Virus record (IMG/VR): IMGVR_UViG_3300020264_000019
Location: 1 to 38,498 of that record
Length of the DNA stretch: 38,498 nt
Source: a virus
Taxonomy: Duplodnaviria > Caudoviricetes
Direction: 5' to 3' (one strand)
Numbering within the stretch: position 1 is the first letter of the stretch; every line of letters starts with the position of its first letter. Shown here in pieces: positions 1 through 6,000 of this stretch. The notes below the pieces were generated by a model that was not told the origin of the DNA, searched no databases, and saw only the letters and a program-made list of their open reading frames with translations. A program made the position numbers and the translations under genes.

Positions 1-121
1 TACTATGATGCCCGCAGAAATGTGTGTTGATTGGTTCTGCGATCGTTTCAATGTCTCTGCTGATGATGACGTGATCGATTTTGTTGTTGATGCTCACTTC
101 GGAATGTTTGCTGATCAGTGA
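1..121 (+). CDS. 3' end of small acidic early hypothetical protein (partial)
   Basis: Frame from base 2 reads TMMPAEMCVDWFCDRFNVSADDDVIDFVVDAHFGMFADQ*; its TGA (119-121) overlaps the next ATG (TGATG coupling). Confidence 0.7.
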   Translation, partial: TMMPAEMCVDWFCDRFNVSADDDVIDFVVDAHFGMFADQ

Positions 122-273
122 TGAACTACTCTGAAATTCTCAAAGTCTGGAATAGCGAAACCCCTGATGATTTCGCTATCTTCAGTGAACTTTACTATCA
201 GATGTTCGGGGAGGATTTTGATATCCCCTACGTAACATCTAGCACCACGTCATCATTTTTCCCCTACGACTAG
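121..273 (+). CDS. small hypothetical protein, 50 aa
   Basis: MNYSEILKVWNSETPDDFAIFSELYYQMFGEDFDIPYVTSSTTSSFFPYD*; coupled to the upstream stop; below the ORF-track size cut-off. Confidence 0.65.
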   Translation: MNYSEILKVWNSETPDDFAIFSELYYQMFGEDFDIPYVTSSTTSSFFPYD

Positions 274-350
274 GGTCAGTTGACAAGGTGGCACAGTGAC
301 CCCAGCATTCCCGCTGACCCTGTGCTTATAATGACTTCAGTTCAAACAAA
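272..350 (+). promoter_or_regulatory. early sigma70-type promoter cassette with stem-loop (copy 1)
   Basis: TATAAT at 327-332 preceded by CTGTGCT; inverted repeat AGGGTCAG (272-279)/CTGACCCT (314-321); TCAAACAAA in the leader. Confidence 0.75.
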
Positions 351-364
351 CCGCTTCAAACCAC

Positions 365-706
365 ATGCGTAAGATCGAACAGCAAATGAACGCCGCTATC
401 AAGGCAGACAAGAACTGGTCATCTGGAAACACTCAAGTCGTCACTAATGATGGCGTCTCCACTGTATACCTGCACGGTAACAAGATCGCTATGGTTGATG
501 ATACCACCATGACAATCTTTGATGGTGGTTGGCAGTCCAACACAACAAAGTCTCGCCTGAATGCACTTTGCTCTGAATTCTGCATCGCTGGTGAAGGTGT
601 CTTTCAAAAGGATTTCCTCTGGTATGTTCGCAAGTTTGTCGGATGTGTGAACGGTCAAAATGTGTATCAGACCGAAGATTTTGAGTCTGGTTATGTGTTC
701 GCCTGA
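365..706 (+). CDS. early phage hypothetical protein, 113 aa
   Basis: Directly downstream of the promoter; VYLHGNKIA...GWQSNTTKSRLNAL motif resembles a recurrent family of small phage early proteins (recognition, not searched). Confidence 0.85.
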   Translation: MRKIEQQMNAAIKADKNWSSGNTQVVTNDGVSTVYLHGNKIAMVDDTTMTIFDGGWQSNTTKSRLNALCSEFCIAGEGVFQKDFLWYVRKFVGCVNGQNVYQTEDFESGYVFA

Positions 707-720
707 GGGCGACACTTTGC

Positions 721-733
721 ACACTAACTAACA
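721..733 (+). repeat. A/C-rich leader repeat ACACTAACTAACA (copy 1; copy 2 at 1590-1602)
   Basis: Exact 13-nt match just upstream of the ATGs at 742 and 1608. Confidence 0.7.
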
Positions 734-741
734 CAATTGTC

Positions 742-960
742 ATGACCCAACCTTCACCAAACCAGCAAGATCTTGACCAACTGGTTGAGAACTACGTCAC
801 CCATATTGTAGATGGGTTGGACATAGCATCGATGGAGCAACTCTGCTATGATTTGTTAACACGAGAGTACGAAAAGTTGACATGGGATGATATCACTGAA
901 GAGATCGTAGATCTCTATGATGAAGACACTTTGATTGATCTAATTCCTGACGCAAACTAA
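742..960 (+). CDS. small very acidic hypothetical protein, 72 aa
   Basis: Same strand as neighbours with an A/C-rich leader; about 19 D/E versus 2 K/R. Confidence 0.85.
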   Translation: MTQPSPNQQDLDQLVENYVTHIVDGLDIASMEQLCYDLLTREYEKLTWDDITEEIVDLYDEDTLIDLIPDAN

Positions 961-1017
961 ACAGAATTCAGCATCCCCCATCTTAGCACCTCATGGCGTC
1001 CCGTCCCTTCCCCTATA

Positions 1018-1113
1018 TGCCCAACTACACTTTGGGCAGTCCAATGAGCAGACTGTCCACCTATATGGCATTCGGTCGCCTCTGTGCCTCTATAATTAGA
1101 TCAATCAAACAAA
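1018..1113 (+). promoter_or_regulatory. early sigma70-type promoter cassette with stem-loop (copy 2)
   Basis: TATAAT at 1091-1096 preceded by CTGTGCCTC; hairpin TGCCCAA/TTGGGCA (1018-1038); GCATTC near -35 and TCAAACAAA leader shared with copy 1. Confidence 0.75.
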
Positions 1114-1117
1114 GCGC

Positions 1118-1324
1118 ATGATGTTCGCAGTTCAACCCGCCGCCTGGTCCAAACTTGACGAGTACGGTTGCGAGTATACCCCCACCATTCAGGGTGCCTA
1201 TACCATCGCCCGCCAATGGGTCAAAGACTACAACGAAGACTGCATCATCTGGCGTCTCACCAGTGGCGCACCTATCAAGTGGGTTCGTGTGACGCATGGC
1301 GAAGTGGTCGCCACTGCCGCCTGA
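1118..1324 (+). CDS. early hypothetical protein, 68 aa
   Basis: ORF immediately after promoter cassette 2. Confidence 0.8.
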   Translation: MMFAVQPAAWSKLDEYGCEYTPTIQGAYTIARQWVKDYNEDCIIWRLTSGAPIKWVRVTHGEVVATAA

Positions 1325-1330
1325 GCACCC

Positions 1331-1353
1331 CCTGACCCCTTATACTAGGCACA
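1331..1353 (+). promoter_or_regulatory. early promoter, probably leaderless
   Basis: CTGACCCCT-TATACT (-10 at 1341-1346), then 6 nt, then ATG at 1353; CTGACCC also precedes the -10 in cassette 1. Confidence 0.6.
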
Positions 1354-1562
1354 TGACAAACATCAAACGACCTTCCGACTATCTCATGGCACAGGACCTC
1401 CACGATCGGCAGTTCTGCCACCGCGCCACCTTCGCCACCTTCACGGGTCGCGCTGGTCAACCCATGGCATGGGATGGCGATTTCGATGACAACTTCACAG
1501 CGGAAGACTACGACCGCCGCCGCTATGAGCGAGACGCCCGCCGCTATGGGTACGGTCGCTGA
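1353..1562 (+). CDS. early hypothetical protein, 69 aa (start moved from 1296 to 1353)
   Basis: MTNIKRPSDYLMAQDLHDRQF...RRYGYGR*; the 1296 start would overlap the upstream gene and its own promoter. Confidence 0.75.
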   Translation: MTNIKRPSDYLMAQDLHDRQFCHRATFATFTGRAGQPMAWDGDFDDNFTAEDYDRRRYERDARRYGYGR

Positions 1563-1607
1563 CCCCATTTCTCTACACTAACCACACAAACACTAACTAA
1601 CAACAAC

Positions 1608-1886
1608 ATGACCGCATCTGCCACCATGACTGACACCTACAACGGTTGGGCAAACTATGAAACATGGAATGCAAGTCTGTGGATTCAGAATGATCGTTTC
1701 CTCTACAATACTGCTAAGGCATGTGTAGAGTTCTGCGAGACCACTGATACACCTTACGAGGCATTTATTCGGTGCATGGATAACTGTGCCCGCACAATGA
1801 CTGGTGATGATGTTGCATGGAATGATCCCACAATCTCTCACGCTGAGATGAATGATATGATGTACGAATTGGCAAGCGGTTGGTGA
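1608..1886 (+). CDS. early hypothetical protein with YNGWxNYETW motif, 92 aa
   Basis: YNGWANYETWNASLWIQND resembles a recurrent phage small-protein motif; CAA-rich leader. Confidence 0.85.
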   Translation: MTASATMTDTYNGWANYETWNASLWIQNDRFLYNTAKACVEFCETTDTPYEAFIRCMDNCARTMTGDDVAWNDPTISHAEMNDMMYELASGW

Positions 1887-1915
1887 CACTTAGCGACACA
1901 CAGTAGATAACACTC

Positions 1916-1945
1916 AGGGGGCAGTGATTTGCCCCCTTATTTGTT
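1916..1945 (+). terminator. Rho-independent terminator closing the early cluster
   Basis: Stem AGGGGGCA (1916-1923)/TGCCCCCT (1930-1937), loop GTGATT, followed by TATTTGTT. Confidence 0.75.
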
Positions 1946-2008
1946 GATTAGGGGTCGCCAAGCGAAAATCGAAGGGTCCCTCTAACCTACAAAAGTATCC
2001 AGACGACC

Positions 2009-2016
2009 GATAAATA
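2009..2016 (+). promoter_or_regulatory. T4-type late promoter GATAAATA
   Basis: Matches the NATAAATA gp55 consensus; about 45 nt upstream of the first late ORF. Confidence 0.7.
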
Positions 2017-2058
2017 TTTTGCGAAAGGTCGTATATAAAAAAATTCGCCCAGAAAAAA

Positions 2059-2310
2059 ATGATGGAAAACCCTTTTGAGAATTTTGAAGCGATTCTGAAT
2101 AACTTTGATAATTTCTGCAATGCCTTTGAGGAGAAGGCAGCAGAAGCATTCAACCGAGGAGATCAAAATAATGGACAAGTCATCAGAGCAGCCACAGCAA
2201 AACTTGGAGGAGAAGCTCCTAGTGCTATTGCAGAGGTTAGAGAGCCTGGAACTGCGAGTCTCCCAGTTGGAGAGACCGACGATTGCGTACAGACGCCCGA
2301 GGGGGAATGA
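2059..2310 (+). CDS. hypothetical protein, 83 aa
   Basis: First ATG after the late promoter; amphipathic acidic N-terminus; 3' part overlaps the next ORF in another frame. Confidence 0.6.
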   Translation: MMENPFENFEAILNNFDNFCNAFEEKAAEAFNRGDQNNGQVIRAATAKLGGEAPSAIAEVREPGTASLPVGETDDCVQTPEGE

Positions 2311-2401
2311 CTACGAAAGTCTGTCAGACACCTTGGATTATCTACACAATAATGTAGAAGGAATCAAGAAAGATTTGTTACAAGTTGCAAAAACAGTCTA
2401 A
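2171..2401 (+). CDS. coiled-coil hypothetical protein, 76 aa (start 2171)
   Basis: SD GAGGAG at 2156-2161; heptads LEEKLLVLLQRLESLELRVSQLE; TAATG coupling to the next gene. Confidence 0.75.
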   Translation: MDKSSEQPQQNLEEKLLVLLQRLESLELRVSQLERPTIAYRRPRGNDYESLSDTLDYLHNNVEGIKKDLLQVAKTV

Positions 2402-2796
2402 TGCCAAATCTAGCGAGTGTAGAAACAGTTGACACAGTAAGTACGGATGGCACCTGTACGTACTCTGCATCGCCCATAGGAGGGACTCCAGTGCCCACTA
2501 CAGTGATGGTAAGTGGACCAGAGGGTCCAGAGGTCCTAAAGATCATTTCAGGCGCTCCTGTGCCCTATGCGTGTACTGATGTAGTAGGTGTAAAGATAAA
2601 TCCTCTCAGTCCTTTACCATGTCAACCAGGGACAAGGATTCTCAGACCGAATGTGAATAAAACTGTCTTTATCAACGGACAACTTCCTGCTGTTACTGGG
2701 GACGAAGCTCAGTTGATCATAGGAGGTTCACCGAGACCCTTGACAGGACCGTTCCAACATCCTACAATAGTAATTGGTTCTAATTTAGCAAACTAA
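2401..2796 (+). CDS. divergent PAAR-like spike tip protein (gp5.4-like)
   Basis: NKTVFINGQLPAVTGD resembles the PAAR consensus SxTVFINGxPAARxGD; C-terminal TIVIG; upstream of gp25. Confidence 0.6.
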   Translation: MPNLASVETVDTVSTDGTCTYSASPIGGTPVPTTVMVSGPEGPEVLKIISGAPVPYACTDVVGVKINPLSPLPCQPGTRILRPNVNKTVFINGQLPAVTGDEAQLIIGGSPRPLTGPFQHPTIVIGSNLAN

Positions 2797-2799
2797 CCT

Positions 2800-2946
2800 A
2801 TGGCAAGAAGCAAAGTCGGACTCTCTGGCGGACTCATGATTGAGTCTACTCCCAAGAAGACTCGTCAGGGATCAGGGCAGCACACAAAGTATGCTGCCAC
2901 GTCTAGAAATAACAAGAAGAAGCGTTATCGTGGTCAAGGTCGATGA
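2800..2946 (+). CDS. small basic protein, 48 aa
   Basis: MARSKVGLSGGLMIESTPKKTRQGSGQHTKYAATSRNNKKKRYRGQGR*; fills the gap exactly; ATGA overlap with the next gene; not in the ORF track. Confidence 0.8.
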   Translation: MARSKVGLSGGLMIESTPKKTRQGSGQHTKYAATSRNNKKKRYRGQGR

Positions 2947-3632
2947 ATCTAATTTGCAATCTCCCTGCCCAGAAGGTATGGGTACGTAAAGAATACTTAC
3001 GAGATCACCAAGATGGTCACGGGGAGTTTGTTGAGGGCGTCTGGGTGTCGGCAAAGTCGATACCTGGGCGTGCTTTTTACTTTGAGACATACTTACCAGA
3101 GTATGGAGCAATGTATGATAAACTTCCGATCTCTGCATTTACCCGAGCGCCGAAAACACCGACGCCTGATTTGAATCTAGAGAACCTACAATTTTGGAAT
3201 TGTATGGATTATGGTGTCTGTGCAATCAATAAAGGATTTGTTGCTCAGATGGAAGTAGAGTTGTTTACTCGTGACCATGGGTTACAGAAAGGCAAATACT
3301 TGTTTACACTAGACAACTATCATGCAAATCCTGATGTGATAGATAATAATGTGAGCGAAACTCCTCAGGAGCATAAGTCGCATAATTGCATTGCATTGAA
3401 CAATGGTCAATTTGCATTGTATCCTAATAATAGGATGCGCCTGTATGACCTCTCCTTGACCCCTGAAGACCCCACATTCCCTGATTTCAAAGTATCTACT
3501 ATAGAATACGAAGTTGAGGGTGGGACCGACTGGGGACGCCTTGGAGACACTGATAATTATTTTTGGGAAACTAATGCTGAACGAAAACTACGGACGGAGA
3601 CCACAAATGGACAAGAGAGTGGACAAGGGTGA
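2943..3632 (+). CDS. conserved cyanophage hypothetical protein, 229 aa
   Basis: Motifs VWVRKEYL, GAMYDKLPISAF, LQFWNC, QEHKS and GQFALYPNNR, recognised as a conserved T4-like cyanophage gene usually found before gp25. Confidence 0.85.
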   Translation: MNLICNLPAQKVWVRKEYLRDHQDGHGEFVEGVWVSAKSIPGRAFYFETYLPEYGAMYDKLPISAFTRAPKTPTPDLNLENLQFWNCMDYGVCAINKGFVAQMEVELFTRDHGLQKGKYLFTLDNYHANPDVIDNNVSETPQEHKSHNCIALNNGQFALYPNNRMRLYDLSLTPEDPTFPDFKVSTIEYEVEGGTDWGRLGDTDNYFWETNAERKLRTETTNGQESGQG

Positions 3633-3777
3633 AGATTTCAAGAAGTCAGGAATGACACTTATTACAGAGATTGATAGCGAGCGTCATCTCAAAAAAGCAC
3701 AGAAGATGAAAAACGAAGAAAACGACGGATTCTTTGACAATCAAGAGGAGTGGGCAGACGGATTCTGCGGTAAGTGA
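3607..3777 (+). CDS. small hypothetical protein, 56 aa (start 3607)
   Basis: MDKRVDKGEDFKKSGMTLITE...WADGFCGK*; GGAG about 7 nt upstream; short overlap with the previous gene. Confidence 0.7.
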   Translation: MDKRVDKGEDFKKSGMTLITEIDSERHLKKAQKMKNEENDGFFDNQEEWADGFCGK

Positions 3778-3783
3778 TAAATA
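3776..3783 (+). promoter_or_regulatory. T4-type late promoter GATAAATA
   Basis: Consensus box about 25 nt upstream of the gp25 ATG. Confidence 0.75.
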
Positions 3784-3807
3784 AAAACAGCCTGTTGCTG
3801 TGTCTAA

Positions 3808-4200
3808 ATGCCCTCCTTTGAGATATTCAAAGATTTGAGTGTCACATTCAAAAAGCATCCTGTTACTGATGATTTGGTAACGGTGAAGGATAAGGCTGCG
3901 ATTGTACAATCAATCCAGACTCTGATCCTTACTAAGAAGGGAGAGCGCCCATTTCAACCCGATTTGGGATGCGATGTTCAAAGTCTACTGTTTGAACCAC
4001 TAGATTATGGTTCTGCTGCCTTGATCAAGGGTGAGATTGCAGAGACCTTAGAGAGATACGAACCTAGAATTACTATCAATGCAATACTTTGCACACCAGA
4101 TTTTATGAATAATGGTTTTGAAGTAGAAGTTGAGTTTACAATTGTAGGTAGAGACGACGCACCAGTGGCAGTAGAATTCTTCTTAGAGCGTACACGATAA
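3808..4200 (+). CDS. gp25: baseplate wedge subunit gp25
   Basis: FKDLS...AIVQSIQTLILTKKGERPFQPDLG...YEPRI is the GPW/gp25 family signature. Confidence 0.95.
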   Translation: MPSFEIFKDLSVTFKKHPVTDDLVTVKDKAAIVQSIQTLILTKKGERPFQPDLGCDVQSLLFEPLDYGSAALIKGEIAETLERYEPRITINAILCTPDFMNNGFEVEVEFTIVGRDDAPVAVEFFLERTR

Positions 4201-5996
4201 TGCCTTATACTCAGGTTGCCAACTTAGACTTTGAAGATATCAAACTTGCTCTGAAGGAATACCTCAGAGCACAGTCAGATTTTACTGATTATGATTTTGA
4301 AGGTAGTGTGTTATCAACGTTGATTGACACACTGGCATACAATACCTATTATACGGCGTTCAACGCTAATATGGTGGTCAATGAACTATTCATTGATTCC
4401 GCCACCTTGAGAGACAACGTAGTAGCGATTGCGAAGCAACTAGGGTATAGACCCAAGAGTGCTACCGCTCCTACTGCGTATGTCTCTTTTTCTGTAACTT
4501 ATAATAACCCAACAACGGATACAGAACTCCTACTGAAGAAAGGAACTGGATTTATCGCATCTTATGATAATAACATCTATCAGTATGTTGTACTGGATGA
4601 TGTAAAAGCACAAATCTCAAATAATGTTGCGGTATTTGAGAATGTTGAAGTAAAAGAAGGCACACAGTTAGTCAATACCTTTACTGTCAACACTTCACTC
4701 AAGTCACAACGTTTTGTTCTTGATAATCCTAATATCGATACGAACACTATTAGGGTCAAGGTATTTCCAACTGGTGGTTCATTGAGTGAACCATGGTTAG
4801 TTTCTGACAATATCATTGGTATTGACAGTACATCAAAAGTTTTCTTCCTAGATGAAATTGAAGATGAGAGATATGAATTGTTGTTTGGTGATGGAGTCTT
4901 AGGTAAGAAACTTGAGAATGGAGCAAGAGTAGAGGTATCTTATCTAACTACTTCGGGTCCAGAGAGCAATGGAGTGCGAACATTCGTCTTCTCTGGTGTC
5001 CTGGAGACCCCACAAGGCGTCTCCCCTAACTCTTTTGATGTATCCATCACTTCGACTGTTGCCGCTGCTGGAGGCGAAGAAATTGAAAGCACTGAAAAGA
5101 TTCGCTATACAGCGCCCAAGTCTTACGGCACGCAGGATCGTGCTGTTACTGCTGATGATTACTCTGCTATCGTTCGCAGAATTTATCCTGCTACCAGCGA
5201 CATCATTATTTTTGGAGGTGAGGAACAAGATCCCCCAGACTACGGAAAAGTCTACATTGTTCTAAAACCAAAGGATGCAGCATATCTAACATCACTTACA
5301 AAGAACAATATCGTAGAAGAACTGAAGAAGTATGCGGTTGCTTCTATTGAACCAGTGATTGTTGACCCATCAATCTTGTATGTTGAACTATCCAGCAAGA
5401 TTTACTACGATAGAAATAAGACTGACCAAACACCCTCTCAGATTAGAGACAAAGTAATTGGTGGATTGCAATCTTATTTTGAGACAAGTGATACTGAAAA
5501 GTTCAATGGTAAGTTTAGACACAGTAAAACTGTTGGTGTAATTGACGATGCTGATCGTTCTATCAATTCTAATCTTACTGACGTTACACTACGAAAAGAT
5601 TTCTACCCACAATTGAACTCTACGTTCTATTACGAGATCTGTTACCAGAACGCATTTGATGAGGATTGTGACGATCCTGTCCTGTCTACGACAGGATTTA
5701 GGGTTACTGAGTATCCCAACTTTGATGTGTATCTAGAAGATAGGGATGGTAAAATTGTCCTATATAGACTAGATACTGCAACTGGCGAAAAGGTTGTCCT
5801 CAACTCAGAAGTTGGCGATATTGATTATGTAAAAGGTGAACTGAAAATGTACGATTTGACTATCATCAAGGGTACATATTTTGATAATCGTATTTCTGTT
5901 AGAGTAAGACCACTTTCAAAAGATGTCAAGGCACTCCGTGAGGTTTATCTTGACGTTGATGTAGCGAATTCAAGTTTCACCGCATATAAAGAGTAA
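4200..5996 (+). CDS. gp6: baseplate wedge subunit gp6
   Basis: LDFEDIK...FTDYDFEGS...LAYNTYY...E.FIDSATLRDNVV..AK.LGY.P, FGDG..GK and QDRAVTADDY motifs of T4 gp6. Confidence 0.95.
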   Translation: MPYTQVANLDFEDIKLALKEYLRAQSDFTDYDFEGSVLSTLIDTLAYNTYYTAFNANMVVNELFIDSATLRDNVVAIAKQLGYRPKSATAPTAYVSFSVTYNNPTTDTELLLKKGTGFIASYDNNIYQYVVLDDVKAQISNNVAVFENVEVKEGTQLVNTFTVNTSLKSQRFVLDNPNIDTNTIRVKVFPTGGSLSEPWLVSDNIIGIDSTSKVFFLDEIEDERYELLFGDGVLGKKLENGARVEVSYLTTSGPESNGVRTFVFSGVLETPQGVSPNSFDVSITSTVAAAGGEEIESTEKIRYTAPKSYGTQDRAVTADDYSAIVRRIYPATSDIIIFGGEEQDPPDYGKVYIVLKPKDAAYLTSLTKNNIVEELKKYAVASIEPVIVDPSILYVELSSKIYYDRNKTDQTPSQIRDKVIGGLQSYFETSDTEKFNGKFRHSKTVGVIDDADRSINSNLTDVTLRKDFYPQLNSTFYYEICYQNAFDEDCDDPVLSTTGFRVTEYPNFDVYLEDRDGKIVLYRLDTATGEKVVLNSEVGDIDYVKGELKMYDLTIIKGTYFDNRISVRVRPLSKDVKALREVYLDVDVANSSFTAYKE

Positions 5997-6000
5997 GTAA

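Noticed and set aside
280-285. Perfect TTGACA as the -35 of promoter 1
   Set aside because: It lies 41 nt from TATAAT (327), far outside 16-19 nt spacing, and has no suitable -10 at the right distance.
1296-3606. Track starts at 1296, 2105 and 3514
   Set aside because: Downstream ATGs (1353, 2171, 3607) fit promoter and SD positions better and avoid longer overlaps.
419-3909. Minus-strand ORFs in the track (419-724, 489-743, 1061-1297, 1275-1568, 1593-1889, 1914-2153, 2872-3138, 3646-3909 and others)
   Set aside because: They are antisense shadows of well-supported + strand genes, with no motifs or clear translation signals.
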